Source of the DNA: Verrucomicrobiia bacterium
GTDB taxonomy: Bacteria; Verrucomicrobiota; Verrucomicrobiia; Palsa-1439
NCBI GenBank assembly: GCA_035541135.1
Contig: DATKNW010000041.1
Coordinates: forward strand, 30,565-94,564
Direction: 5' to 3'
DNA length: 64,000 nt
Shown: one piece after another, positions 20,749-30,788 of the stretch
Position numbering within the stretch: position 1 is the stretch's first letter
Layout: the number at the start of each line of letters is the position of its first letter
Position numbers and translations under genes: made by a program
The notes under the pieces: generated by a model
The model's database searches: none
What the model saw: the letters and a program-made list of their open reading frames with translations, nothing else
What the model was told of the DNA's origin: nothing

Positions 20749-21149
20749 TCTCCCGTTGATTCCCTGCCGCACGACCATCCAGCCCGATGTCCCTTCGCTC
20801 TTGGCCCCGTGGACCGTGGGTTTGTTGCTCCGAGCCAGCCAACAATCCGCATACGAGAAATGGTCAAACTGTGATCTTCGCAAGTTCATCACGTTGAAAA
20901 AAGTGTTGGTTTCGTCGGCGCTCAGACCTGATTCAGCGTGCGGCTTTGCTCGTTCGTCCGGTTTATCCCAATAGCTCTGGCGTACGGGTGGCGCAATGCT
21001 TGACAATCCACATCTGGCGCACAGGAATAGTCAGCGAGTACAATCCCTTTTTGCATGGCGACCGTCGTCCAGTTCGGAGGCAAGCATTTCCAACTTACTG
21101 CTGAAACAGAGCTTATCCATCCCGAAGTGTCAGCACAAGGCCGACTCCT

Positions 21150-21163
21150 TGCATACTGATGCA
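21150..21163. promoter_or_regulatory. palindromic motif TGCATACTGATGCA (candidate operator), about 400 bp upstream of pseudopilin 20023..20748
   Basis: Perfect inverted repeat TGCAT-N4-ATGCA. The same motif, or a 1-2 mismatch variant, lies at 22886, 30789, 32020 and 48608, always in intergenic promoter regions of this locus. Confidence 0.35.
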
Positions 21164-21330
21164 CCCATCGCGCATCCCCAGACTCAAATCAAGTCGGCAT
21201 CCTATCATTCAGTATCGGCAAGAACCCTTGCACCCTGGATCGCGCCTGATCGTCACGCACTTCTGCTTCACCACCATGGCACCGGTGTGATCGCTTCGAG
21301 GAAGGACAACCATCACCGCAACACGATTTC

Positions 21331-21936
21331 TCAGGGCGTGACCAACTGATAGTTCGATTGGAACCATTCGGCTGGCGTCGTCGGGTTTTGCGGGGCGCCG
21401 GGCGGGCGCGTCGTCAAGGGTACAATGGCGGCATCCACCAGTCGATGATCCAACATGTCACGTGCCTCCTTGTCGTGATCGCCGTCGGTAACAATCGCCA
21501 GCACCTTGACAGCCCGATTGGCAACAGGTTCGGTTCCCGGCGCGGGAAAACCCATCAGGGACACAATGACACCCGCATCCGCGTGATCTCGCAATACTTG
21601 AGCATACACGTCTGCCGACAGGTGAATCTGACTCTCGCTGATAATATTAACGGTTACGGTTGCCACCGTATGCACCCCCTTCTGGCGGGCAATCTCTCGA
21701 AAGGCAGCTTTCAGCTTTTTCGTTTGATTGCAAGCTTCGCAATCCGAAGGTTGAACGACGACAACGCTTGCCCGGTTCGCCGCCAGCTTCCCGACTTCCT
21801 GCACAGCGGCTTCACCCACCCCTTGCATCAATTTGTCAGCAAATGACATCGGCGGTTCATGCCATTTTACGAGCAACAACATCGACCCCAGAATCGCGAT
21901 GGCCGCTACGAAGCCCATGGCCACTTGCTTGTTCAT
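21331..21936 (-). CDS. membrane-anchored periplasmic CxxC protein, thioredoxin-fold-like (inferred); paralog of 19324..19956
   Basis: 201 aa. N-terminal TM (MGFVAAIAILGSMLLLV). CxxC block SVVVVQPSDCEACNQTKKLKAAF. Collinear with 19324..19956 throughout, including ...DGDHD...IVDLAIIP...PAEWF.NYQ.VTP. Confidence 0.6.
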   Translation of the reverse strand: MNKQVAMGFVAAIAILGSMLLLVKWHEPPMSFADKLMQGVGEAAVQEVGKLAANRASVVVVQPSDCEACNQTKKLKAAFREIARQKGVHTVATVTVNIISESQIHLSADVYAQVLRDHADAGVIVSLMGFPAPGTEPVANRAVKVLAIVTDGDHDKEARDMLDHRLVDAAIVPLTTRPPGAPQNPTTPAEWFQSNYQLVTP

Positions 21937-21998
21937 GCTCTCCTTGCTTGTCGAGGCTGAATTTGGTCGCCGAGGTCAGAGCTCATGTTAGATCGGCC

Positions 21999-22772
21999 TC
22001 ACTTCTTGCTTGGGTTGACGACCCACAATCCCTTTGGAGCGGCCAAGGTGCCGGAACCGATCGTCGCCAGTGCTGGCAAGGCCTCGACATGACCATCACA
22101 AAACAGGAAGTTGTTCAATCCCAAGTGGCGGTTTGCCAGGCCGTTGCAACTGTTGATCTCCGCCCCCGACCAGTCGCCCTGATAGCAGGGACCCGAAGTC
22201 TGGTCACGCTCCGTAATCAGGATCGTGCTGCTGGGTTGTGGGATATCGCCTATTTTATAATTGTACTGACCATACCCATTGAACACATTGGCTCCAATGG
22301 GGTCATCCAAAGAAAATGTCTTGCTGGCCGTACCCACGCTATTGATCGCATAGGACCTCGGCAACTTATTGATACCGACTGACCCGCAAACACACAAGGC
22401 GCCATTCTTTGTGGGGCTCTTGTCGCTTGGGCATACGAGCGTCGGGCGTCGACTGGTGTACAATCCGCCACTACTGGTGACGCCCGTGTTGCCTTGTGCG
22501 ACACCCAAATAGGTGGCCACCCAGCGGTCCCACGCCCAGCATGAGCCGACTTGAACGCTCAGACGGTCATTCCAATCCCCCGCATATAGAAACTCGGCAA
22601 CCCCGATCTGTTTTAGATTGGAGACACAGAGAGCACTCTTGCCTTTTTCCCTCGCCTTCGCCAGAGCCGGCAACAACATCGAGGCCAAGATGCCGATAAT
22701 CGCGATGACCACCAGCAGCTCGATCAATGTGAACCCATCTCCGAGCAAAATCCGGACAAAGTTCCTCTTCAT
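21999..22772 (-). CDS. prepilin-type N-terminal cleavage/methylation domain protein with H-X9-DG (DUF1559) C-terminal domain (pseudopilin-like)
   Basis: ORF 21999..22874. The likely start is ATG at 22772 ([37 protein letters not shown]). C-terminal [12 protein letters not shown]. Eight Cys. Confidence 0.8.
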   Translation of the reverse strand: MKRNFVRILLGDGFTLIELLVVIAIIGILASMLLPALAKAREKGKSALCVSNLKQIGVAEFLYAGDWNDRLSVQVGSCWAWDRWVATYLGVAQGNTGVTSSGGLYTSRRPTLVCPSDKSPTKNGALCVCGSVGINKLPRSYAINSVGTASKTFSLDDPIGANVFNGYGQYNYKIGDIPQPSSTILITERDQTSGPCYQGDWSGAEINSCNGLANRHLGLNNFLFCDGHVEALPALATIGSGTLAAPKGLWVVNPSKK

Positions 22773-22885
22773 GGGCGATTCCTGTCTGTTAGCATAAAGC
22801 TGCTCACAAGCTCCGTCTTCACTTCCTACATCCACTACCGGCCATATACTACGCCAACGCGGCTGCTGCGCCAATAATAACGCCG

Positions 22886-22899
22886 TGCATACTGATACA
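22886..22899. promoter_or_regulatory. palindromic motif variant TGCATACTGATACA, 114 bp upstream of pseudopilin 21999..22772
   Basis: One mismatch to TGCATACTGATGCA. Intergenic. Confidence 0.3.
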
Positions 22900-23320
22900 T
22901 GACTACTCCCGCTTACGCGCTGAGTTTTACGCAGATATGTCCACGCCGCCAGTTATCACGATGCCATCGTGAACAGCGCATGAGCTTCTGATAAAGCGAT
23001 CCGTCTTCGGGTGCCGGCGAGATTGAATGTGTGGCGCTCCACACTCAGCGAATACAGGTTTACGACACGAGTCACGACATCGCCTAAACAACCCCATCGC
23101 GACTGCTGCCGAGTGCGCGATTGTCGAATCCGGTCCATGCGCCCACCAGTCTTGAAGCACCAACACGGCACACGATTGTCCTCTCAGCAGCTACAGGCTG
23201 AGAGGATCAGAAATGTGGAGAGCGCAGCCGCCGTATTTCACCGAGTCGTGAACGAGGCATTCGTTGTTACCTGTTATGCCTGTTACCGCACGGCTGCGCT
23301 CTGTCATTGGGCTACCGCCG

Positions 23321-23750
23321 TTACGGGAGCAGCACGCGGACACGATAGAACCGTGAGGGTTTGTTCGTCGCGCCGCCGCTGTCCACCATGTTGGTGACCG
23401 CTCCCAGCCCGGTTCCGCCACTGAGGATATTGGTCTGACCAGTGCTCACGAAATTGTTCGTGTAGCTGCCGTTGGCCGTGCCTGTCGTAAACTCCAATAC
23501 GTTCGTGCGCGACGCGACACCCGGTGACCAGGTACTGTCACCGCTGGCGCCCAGATAAGTCACCTTGACGTCCGCGGTGTTCGTCTTGGCGACGCTGATG
23601 ATATGCAGATTCGCCGTGCTGTTGGTCGGGTTGAAACCCGCCAGGAACTCATTGGTGTTGTTCATGCCATCGCCGTCCGGATCAGCCGTACCGGCCGCGC
23701 TCGCGCCGCCGCCAGGGAAGTAGTGGGCCTTCCACGCGGTGTATGAATCC
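23321..23750 (-). repeat. conserved 3'-terminal gene segment encoding the shared C-terminal domain (copy 3 of 4)
   Basis: About 75 percent nucleotide identity to copies 1 and 2 by eye. The protein is collinear through the TSP3-like DPDGDGM..N.EFLAGFNPTN block and the terminal FYRVRVL.P. Confidence 0.7.
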
Positions 23751-26700
23751 GTCACTCCGGTGACGTGCAGGATCACCGACCCGGCGACGCTCGTATCAAT
23801 CGTGTACGTCAAGCTGGGGTTCGGCTTCGTCCCCACGAGCAGACCGTTGTTTACCAACGTCCCCGTGTACGTGATCAGCGTGTAGTCGCCAATGCCAAAC
23901 CCGCCGGCATCGGAGAGGTTAACGATTCCGCCCAACGTGAGGTTACCATGGCCTTCCAGTCGATCACAGGTGCCCGGACTGCCCAAGTCCCAGGCCATGA
24001 TTGACAGATTCCCTAATACGACGTCATTGCTGGCGACGATCGTACCAATCGAAAAGCCCGGCGAGAGCGCGCCGTTCACCGTCAGCGTGCCGATAATCGA
24101 ACCGACGCCGCGCAGTGTGGCGTTGTTGTTGATGACCAGACCATCATTAAACGCGTGGAAACCGGTCCCGCCCGCGGCCAATTCCAAGCTTGCCGCATCA
24201 ACGCCATCGCCCACCGTCAACGTCCCGCTACCGGCGTCGACCGTCGTGCCGCCCGTGTTGAGCGTGCCCGCGTTAAACACAATGGGGTTCCCCGCGATCG
24301 CGCGCATGCCGCCGGCTGCCACCTTGCCACCGGTGATAGCCAGGATGTTGTTCGTCGTTGCCGCGCCGTTCGGGCCAACCCACAAGAAACCGACGTTGGT
24401 GACGATGCCGCCGGAGCTGACCTGGAGCACGTCATTCGTGCAGGCCTGATCGCCGATGGCCACGTTCGTTGCACCGCCAGCGTCCCACGTCGCGCCATTG
24501 CCCGCGACTACCATGGTGTTGCTGGTTCCACCACCGCGGCCAACTTCCCAGTAGGAGTTGATCGCGCTGGTAACTGACGGCGCGCCGGTAAACAACTTGC
24601 CGCCGTTTGTGACGATCAGGACGTTCCCCACAGCCTCCGGGCCGTTGCCCCAAATGATTTCGCCGGCGTTGGTGACAATGCCGCCGCTGTTGATGATCAT
24701 GGTGCCATTGACGCCAGGGGACTGCAGGCGAGCGTCGCCCAAATTCACCGTTGCGCCAGCCAACACCCATACCGTGTTATTGGTGGCGTCACCGACGCCC
24801 GTTGCGCCGTAGCCAATTGTGAAGGCGCCGTTGGTCCCGGCATTCCCATTGATACCCATATTCAGCACCGCGTTGGTGATGACCATATTGCAGAACGTAC
24901 TTCCGACACGTCCGCCGACATCCACGTTGCCACCGAAAGTATTTGGTGAAGAAATGCCGACACCGCCGGAGTTGGGACCGTCATCAAACGTTCCTACGAC
25001 GACCGAGGCGGGCGCTCCCGCGCTGCCGATCTGCAAGAGGTTGCTGTAGCAACCACTGCCTGCACCGACCATGAGTTCGTGGGCGACAACCAAGCTGGCG
25101 CCATTGTTGACAATCAACGAGCAATTCGTGTTGGCCCCGTTATCGGCAATATACACCGAATTGACATTCGTGACGGCTGCGCCCGCGGCAATCGTTACAG
25201 TTTCGCCCTGACAGGTGCCGCCGGGCCCCTGGCCAGGCCGCAGGAAACCGCCGCCGCAATCGACCACGGTGTTGGGATCAGTGATTAGTGCCATGTTATT
25301 GGCGTTGAGGCTGTCCCCGCCGCCGCCAGGGCTACCGTTGCCGACGTGGAGGGTCACACAGAACAACGTGCTGCCGCCCGCGACAACCAACGAGCCATTC
25401 GTTGTCGCACCGCTCTGGCCGACCACCACTTCGCCCATGCAGAACACCTTGGCACCATTGGTAATGATCAGTTGCTCATTGAGGCTCGGCACGTTGTCCC
25501 CGATAAAGATCCGGGCCACGTTGGTCAGCACGCCGCCGCTGGTCACCACCATCATGTCGTTCGTGTTAGCCGCCACAGCGGTGCTGCCACTCGAGAAAAA
25601 GCCAACTTCAAAATCATTGGATCCGAGATCCCACACCGAGCCACTACCGGTGAGCGTCCCGATGTTGTAAGCGTCCCCGGTGCCCCAGCCAATACCGCTG
25701 CCCTGACCGGAGCCGGTATTGGGATTCGTGAGGTACACCTGGCTGCCATTGGTAATGATCAGTGTGTTGTTATTCGCGCCAGCGCCACAGCGACCCGCTA
25801 TCAGTTTGCCCGCGTAGACAACGACCGGCGCGCCATTGCTGCCGACCTGGAACAGGTTGTTACTGCTGATCGCGCCCGCGCCAATGCCGATGTCTCCATC
25901 GACGAACAACTGGGCGCCATTGTTAAGAATCAGGCTGTTGTTGGCACCCGGTCCGTTGTCGCCCGCATAGATTCGCGCGACGTTTGTGACGATCGCACCA
26001 TCCTTGATCAGCAGCGTGTTATTTGTTGCGCAGCCAGAGGGCAGCCCCGCCCCAAAACCGACTCTCAAATCATTGGAGCCAAGGTCCCACGTTGTGCCAG
26101 CGCCCGTGACGATACCCAGATTGTTGAGCGCGCCGCCACCGTTGGCGAATCCGATGCCCGACTGATCTGATACCGCGCCACTACCCGTCGTGTACACCGC
26201 GCTGCCGTTCGTGATGATCAGCGTGTTCAGGCCGGCACTCGGCCCGAGGCCGACCTGGATCGGACCGGTCCCGATCGTAACAGGGGCACCGGCGCCGCCA
26301 ACCTGAAACAGGTTGTTGGACGCACCCTGACCCGAGCCGACCCCAATCATACGGTATGTAAAAAGCTGGCCGCCGTTGTTGACGACGACGTTGTTGCTGT
26401 AACCAGGGCCATTGTCGGCAATGAACAATCGGTTCACATTGGTCACCGCGCCGCCCGATGTAATCAGCAGCGTATTGCTGCGGGTATTGCCCGCCGTTAT
26501 CAACCCGAATCCGACGCGCAGATCGTTGGAGCCAAGATCCCATATGGAACCATTGCCGGTAACAACCCCGACATTGTTGGATGAGAAGCTGCCGGTTCCG
26601 ATGCCCGCCACGCCGGTGGCCAGAAGCCCACCGTTGGTGACCAGCAACTGACAGGACGACCCGCCATACCCAACCGTAAGTGTGCCAAAGTTGGGGACGT

Positions 26701-27271
26701 TGGAAAACACGCCGCTGCCGCTGATCGTCAGCGTACCAAGACCAACATTGGATCCGAGATTGGTGCCGAGCACCGCGCATGTCGTCGCCACCGTCCCATT
26801 CGTCAGGAAATAACTCCCACGACTACCGAAGCCCAACACAAACGCCGGGGTGTTGGTCGCCGTGGCAGTAATATAATTGGTGGCCACGAGCGTCCCGCTG
26901 GCCTGATACACGGTCACCGGGGCTGAGGACGCGGGAGGGTAGCCAATGATGAACGCAGGCGCGCCTGACGTTGGTGCCAGTGTCCAAGTCTGAGCCCGGA
27001 TATCCAGGGTCACAGTCCCGCCGTTCTTAAACCAGTTGCTCGAGAGAACCGCTGGCGCGGACGGAAAACTAACCGTATAGGCCGTGTTGTTGGTAAAAAA
27101 AGTGCCGTCCCCGGTTGCCGGAGCGACCCCGGTGCTCCAGTTACCGCCGTCGTTGAAGTTCCCGCTATTGACGTTCGTCCATGTCAACACGTTGGCTCGC
27201 GCCACCACGGCCCCGCCAACAATCACGGCCGTCACCAACAAAACTCCCCGCCACAAAGCTGATCTATTCAT
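23321..27271 (-). CDS. giant secreted beta-strand-repeat protein (autotransporter-associated beta-strand-repeat-like passenger) ending in the conserved C-terminal domain
   Basis: ORF 23321..27448. The likely start is ATG at 27271 (MNRSALWRGVLLVTAVIVGGAVVARA, preceded by ggagcggtaaggatc). N-terminal LTWTNVNSGNFNDGGNW module. Many ~75-aa repeats of the type GSGSVWDLGSNDLRVGF...NTLLITSGGAVTNV..L.IADNGPG.NNSL..NNGGQLF. C-terminus SYTAWKAHYFPGGGASAAGTADPDGDGMNNTNEFLAGFNPTN...SRFYRVRVLLP. Confidence 0.75.
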   Translation of the reverse strand: MNRSALWRGVLLVTAVIVGGAVVARANVLTWTNVNSGNFNDGGNWSTGVAPATGDGTFFTNNTAYTVSFPSAPAVLSSNWFKNGGTVTLDIRAQTWTLAPTSGAPAFIIGYPPASSAPVTVYQASGTLVATNYITATATNTPAFVLGFGSRGSYFLTNGTVATTCAVLGTNLGSNVGLGTLTISGSGVFSNVPNFGTLTVGYGGSSCQLLVTNGGLLATGVAGIGTGSFSSNNVGVVTGNGSIWDLGSNDLRVGFGLITAGNTRSNTLLITSGGAVTNVNRLFIADNGPGYSNNVVVNNGGQLFTYRMIGVGSGQGASNNLFQVGGAGAPVTIGTGPIQVGLGPSAGLNTLIITNGSAVYTTGSGAVSDQSGIGFANGGGALNNLGIVTGAGTTWDLGSNDLRVGFGAGLPSGCATNNTLLIKDGAIVTNVARIYAGDNGPGANNSLILNNGAQLFVDGDIGIGAGAISSNNLFQVGSNGAPVVVYAGKLIAGRCGAGANNNTLIITNGSQVYLTNPNTGSGQGSGIGWGTGDAYNIGTLTGSGSVWDLGSNDFEVGFFSSGSTAVAANTNDMMVVTSGGVLTNVARIFIGDNVPSLNEQLIITNGAKVFCMGEVVVGQSGATTNGSLVVAGGSTLFCVTLHVGNGSPGGGGDSLNANNMALITDPNTVVDCGGGFLRPGQGPGGTCQGETVTIAAGAAVTNVNSVYIADNGANTNCSLIVNNGASLVVAHELMVGAGSGCYSNLLQIGSAGAPASVVVGTFDDGPNSGGVGISSPNTFGGNVDVGGRVGSTFCNMVITNAVLNMGINGNAGTNGAFTIGYGATGVGDATNNTVWVLAGATVNLGDARLQSPGVNGTMIINSGGIVTNAGEIIWGNGPEAVGNVLIVTNGGKLFTGAPSVTSAINSYWEVGRGGGTSNTMVVAGNGATWDAGGATNVAIGDQACTNDVLQVSSGGIVTNVGFLWVGPNGAATTNNILAITGGKVAAGGMRAIAGNPIVFNAGTLNTGGTTVDAGSGTLTVGDGVDAASLELAAGGTGFHAFNDGLVINNNATLRGVGSIIGTLTVNGALSPGFSIGTIVASNDVVLGNLSIMAWDLGSPGTCDRLEGHGNLTLGGIVNLSDAGGFGIGDYTLITYTGTLVNNGLLVGTKPNPSLTYTIDTSVAGSVILHVTGVTDSYTAWKAHYFPGGGASAAGTADPDGDGMNNTNEFLAGFNPTNSTANLHIISVAKTNTADVKVTYLGASGDSTWSPGVASRTNVLEFTTGTANGSYTNNFVSTGQTNILSGGTGLGAVTNMVDSGGATNKPSRFYRVRVLLP

Positions 27272-27451
27272 GATCCTTACCGCTCCCAACTCAGTTGTTG
27301 TAGTTGTTTCAGAAATCTGTCGTCCCACCTCATCGCCCAGCCCTCGGAGCCACTCCGGTACACAGCCTGCCTGCTTCCCGCCTGTTCCACAGCACCATTG
27401 CTGCCAGCCGGCCGTCAACACGGCCGGCTGGCAGCCAACCAAACACAATGC

Positions 27452-30400
27452 TCAGGCAGACCGGCGACTCCGCCGCAGCAGCGCGATCATCAGGGTCACG
27501 CCTACGCCCATGAGAGCCATCGTCGACGGCTCCGGAATCACGATCGCAATGTCATCCAGTCCCTGATAGTTGTAGTCGACCGAGTATCCGGCCGGCACGC
27601 CCACTACGTTCCCGAATGTCCCGCTCAACGTACCGTAGTCGGCAATCACGTAGGCCGATTCATCCAAGGAAACCGCATTCACGCTGAGGGTCCCGCTGAG
27701 GGTCAACAGACCGGTGACATTCACCACGTCTTCAGTCTCGCTGCCCATGCCGAACACGTTGCACTGGTAGGTGCCACCGAGCGTCATACTGCCGTTGTCG
27801 GTCAATATGCCAACCTGCGAGTTAAGCGAGGGCGACAGGGTCCCGTTCTCCGTCACATTGCCCGCGCCGCCGTTGACATTGAGAGTCCCACTGCCACGCA
27901 GTATCTGCCCGCCATTAACCGTCACGCTGTTGACGTTGGCGATGCCGTTGGCCATCTCCAAGGCGTTATTGCCGCCGCCGCCGACCACAATCGCGCCATT
28001 CTGAACCACGCCGCCATTGGCCAGCCGCAGCACGTTGTTGGTGGTCGCGCCAAACGTGCCGCCAACCGTCAGCGTGTGTCCGCCGATGTCCCAGACAGAG
28101 CCTGCACCATCAACCGTTACGTTGTTGTTGTTCGCGCTGTTGCCGCGTCCGATCTCCCAGTACGTGCCGGCAGCCGAGCCGTTGGACAATTGACCGCCGT
28201 TGGTAACGATGAGGGAATTTCCAGATCCTCCGTTGCCCCAGATGGTCTCGCCAACGTTGGCAACCGTGCCCTGATTGATCACCAGGCTTCCCCCGAATCC
28301 GGACGCTTGGAGGCGATTCGTGATGTTGGCAACATTGCCGACCGTCCAGGTGCCGCCGGCCAGCACGCTCACACTGCTATTGGTCGACGTAGCATTACCG
28401 CCAACATTGATGTTTCCAGAGGCTTCTATTACCGCCGCGTTGGTGACAATTATGTAGTTGTTCAGCGTGCTCGCGCTGTTCCCGATCGTGATACCGTTAC
28501 CTGCGGTAAGAGTGCTCGCCGCACCCGCGCCGCCCACCAAGGCGTAGCTGTTGCTGGCGCCGGTCGCCTGACCAACATTGAAGACGCCGTTGTCGAAGAA
28601 CTGGCCGCCGTTGTTGATGATGATGCCGTTACCGCTTGATGTCCCGGAGTCCGTGATATACATGGCGCTCACGTTCGTCACCACGCCGCCGGCGGTAACT
28701 GTCAGGCTGGCGCCAAACGTGGCCGTCCCGCCGGTAAAATTCGCATACGCCTCATGCAACGCCTGGTTGCCCAGATTCCACATGGAACCAGACCCGGTGA
28801 CCAGCATCGTGGCATTGGTCGACCCGCCGCCGCCGATGTAGCTGTTGCCCGAGCTGAACACCTGGCCGCCGCTATTGATGGTCATGTATGGGTTTACGTC
28901 ACCGACGTGCTGGCCGACCGCGATCGCACTGCCACTGCTCAGGAAGAGTTTACCGCCATTGCTAACGATGACCCCGTCATTATATCCGGGGTTGTTATCG
29001 GCAATGTACACAGTACCCGCGTTGGTGACCACCCCGCCGGAGGTTACCGTCAAGGTGTTGCCGTAGTTGGTGGCGCCAACGCCGATATTGAGAGCCGTGT
29101 TGCCCATATTCCAAACCGATCCGGTGTCCGTGACCAGGGCAAAGTTGTTGCTTGTAGCAGTCGAGGAGCCGACGGCCAAGCCGCCACTGGAAATGAACCC
29201 GCCGCCGCTAACGATCACCCCGTTCTTAGTGCCGCCGGTGCCCGAAGCAATGCTGACCGTGCCAGCGTTGAACCAAATCTGACCGCCGTTGGTGACGATC
29301 AACAGGTTGCCGTATCCGGCTCCGTTGTCAGAGATAAATGCCCTCTGGACGTTGGTCATGACACCACCGCCAGTAACCACAAAGGTGTTGTTGCTGTTGG
29401 GCGATCCGCTTCCACCTGCACCCGATCGCAAGGTCCCATTGCCCATGTTCCACAGGGTGCCCGAGGTAACCGTCGCAACGTTGCCGACCGCGAAGCTGGC
29501 GGAACCGACGGCCACATTTCCTCCGCCGGTAAAGATGTTGATGTTGGTGACGATCATCTGGTTGTTGTGAGAATTCATGCCGCTGCCAACAATGATGTTG
29601 GCACTGCCGGCATTCGCGTTGGTGATAAAGCTGGCCGCTCCCGCGCCGCCCGCGTAGAAGATATTGCCGTTGGCGCCGGAGCCTGACCCCACGTAAACGC
29701 CCGATGCAATCGTGGAATTGTTGGCAAAAACCAGCCTGCCGCCATCGTTAATGGCCAAGCTGTTGTTCACGCCGGCGCTGTTGTCCGCGATGAATACCCG
29801 AAGGACGTTGGAAACCGCTCCGCCCGAAGTAACGAGGAGCGAGTTGTTACTCTGGCTGCTCCCGCCAAACCCAGCGGCAATCCGCATGTCCACAGCCTGG
29901 TTATTCCACACCGATCCGCTGCCGGTCACTACCGCGGAGTTGTTGGAAGCGCCGCCGCCGTAACCAACGTACGAATACCCGGTAACCAGTTTGCCGCCGT
30001 TGGTGACGATCACCTGGTTGCCCGCGCTGCCGTTGCCCACCGTGAACGCGCCGTATGAGCTGGCGACGTTGGTGAAGTACGAGTTGGCGCCGCTGATGGT
30101 CAGCGCGCCCTGGCCGGTGCTGGCGTTACCCAAGGTGGTAGCTGCTGTCAGCACCGAGCCGTTGGTCAAGACGTAGCTCCCTTGGCCCGCGTCACCAACA
30201 ATGAAGTTGTTTGTGGGCACCCCGCCGTAAGTGGTATTGGCAATGACCGCGCCACCGTCCTGATAGACCGTCGCGACGCTGCCGGCCGTCTGCCCGACGT
30301 CAATCGCGCCGTAGTTGCTACCAAGCACCCATGTGTTAGTCCCTGCCTCCAGCGTCACAGTGCCGCCATTAAACCCAGCGGAGTTAACTTCCGCACCTAC

Positions 30401-30649
30401 GCCAGTACTGAAGTACACCGAATAGTTCATGTAATTGGTGAACGCCAAACTATCCAACTGCGGCGCATCCGAGCCGGGATACACGATGTCCCCAAAGCCC
30501 AGGCCGTCATCCCAATTCGCCGGATCCAGATAGTTGCCGCTGCCCAGATTTGTCCACGTCAAACTCTGTTGCGCTTGCACGGTCCTGCTCACCATCATGA
30601 CCGCCGCAAACATGACCAAAATCCACATCAAGACACTCGACTTCCTCAT
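27452..30649 (-). CDS. PEP-CTERM sorting-domain surface protein with autotransporter-associated beta-strand-like repeats
   Basis: 1065 aa. Signal peptide MRKSSVLMWILVMFAAVMMVSRTVQA. Same N-terminal module as 23321..27271 (LTWTNLGSGNYLDPANW). Repeats ...NNSLLVTSGGAVSNVLRVFIADNSAGVNNSL.INDGGRL.... C-terminus IVIPEPSTMALMGVGVTLMIALLRRSRRSA is the PEP motif, TM helix and Arg-rich tail. Confidence 0.8.
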   Translation of the reverse strand: MRKSSVLMWILVMFAAVMMVSRTVQAQQSLTWTNLGSGNYLDPANWDDGLGFGDIVYPGSDAPQLDSLAFTNYMNYSVYFSTGVGAEVNSAGFNGGTVTLEAGTNTWVLGSNYGAIDVGQTAGSVATVYQDGGAVIANTTYGGVPTNNFIVGDAGQGSYVLTNGSVLTAATTLGNASTGQGALTISGANSYFTNVASSYGAFTVGNGSAGNQVIVTNGGKLVTGYSYVGYGGGASNNSAVVTGSGSVWNNQAVDMRIAAGFGGSSQSNNSLLVTSGGAVSNVLRVFIADNSAGVNNSLAINDGGRLVFANNSTIASGVYVGSGSGANGNIFYAGGAGAASFITNANAGSANIIVGSGMNSHNNQMIVTNINIFTGGGNVAVGSASFAVGNVATVTSGTLWNMGNGTLRSGAGGSGSPNSNNTFVVTGGGVMTNVQRAFISDNGAGYGNLLIVTNGGQIWFNAGTVSIASGTGGTKNGVIVSGGGFISSGGLAVGSSTATSNNFALVTDTGSVWNMGNTALNIGVGATNYGNTLTVTSGGVVTNAGTVYIADNNPGYNDGVIVSNGGKLFLSSGSAIAVGQHVGDVNPYMTINSGGQVFSSGNSYIGGGGSTNATMLVTGSGSMWNLGNQALHEAYANFTGGTATFGASLTVTAGGVVTNVSAMYITDSGTSSGNGIIINNGGQFFDNGVFNVGQATGASNSYALVGGAGAASTLTAGNGITIGNSASTLNNYIIVTNAAVIEASGNINVGGNATSTNSSVSVLAGGTWTVGNVANITNRLQASGFGGSLVINQGTVANVGETIWGNGGSGNSLIVTNGGQLSNGSAAGTYWEIGRGNSANNNNVTVDGAGSVWDIGGHTLTVGGTFGATTNNVLRLANGGVVQNGAIVVGGGGNNALEMANGIANVNSVTVNGGQILRGSGTLNVNGGAGNVTENGTLSPSLNSQVGILTDNGSMTLGGTYQCNVFGMGSETEDVVNVTGLLTLSGTLSVNAVSLDESAYVIADYGTLSGTFGNVVGVPAGYSVDYNYQGLDDIAIVIPEPSTMALMGVGVTLMIALLRRSRRSA

Positions 30650-30788
30650 TGTCGTGATCCCTTCATTTTTGGTAGGTCCACTCGCTTATCCCGTCCCACT
30701 TGTCACAAATGCTTTCTCTCGCTAGCACTTTCTCTCGCTGCGTCACCCATCTTATTTGGCGCGGCAAATAGCAGCAAGATCAACGTGA

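Noticed and set aside
23180-23205. Stem-loop CCTCTCAGC-agctacag-GCTGAGAGG about 120 bp downstream of the giant gene 23321..27271
   Set aside because: It is a perfect 9-bp stem but not followed by a T-run on either strand, so there is no support for an intrinsic terminator. It may be incidental.
2344-29686. Long ORFs antisense to the giant genes (e.g. 2344..3807 +, 4437..5615 +, 5700..6710 +, 7435..8481 -, 11274..11966 +, 12258..13052 +, 14697..15191 +, 25346..26170 +, 27398..28639 +, 28754..29686 +)
   Set aside because: Each lies entirely inside a well-supported multidomain CDS on the other strand. Products are Arg/His/Gly-rich with no domain signal. High GC suppresses antisense stop codons.
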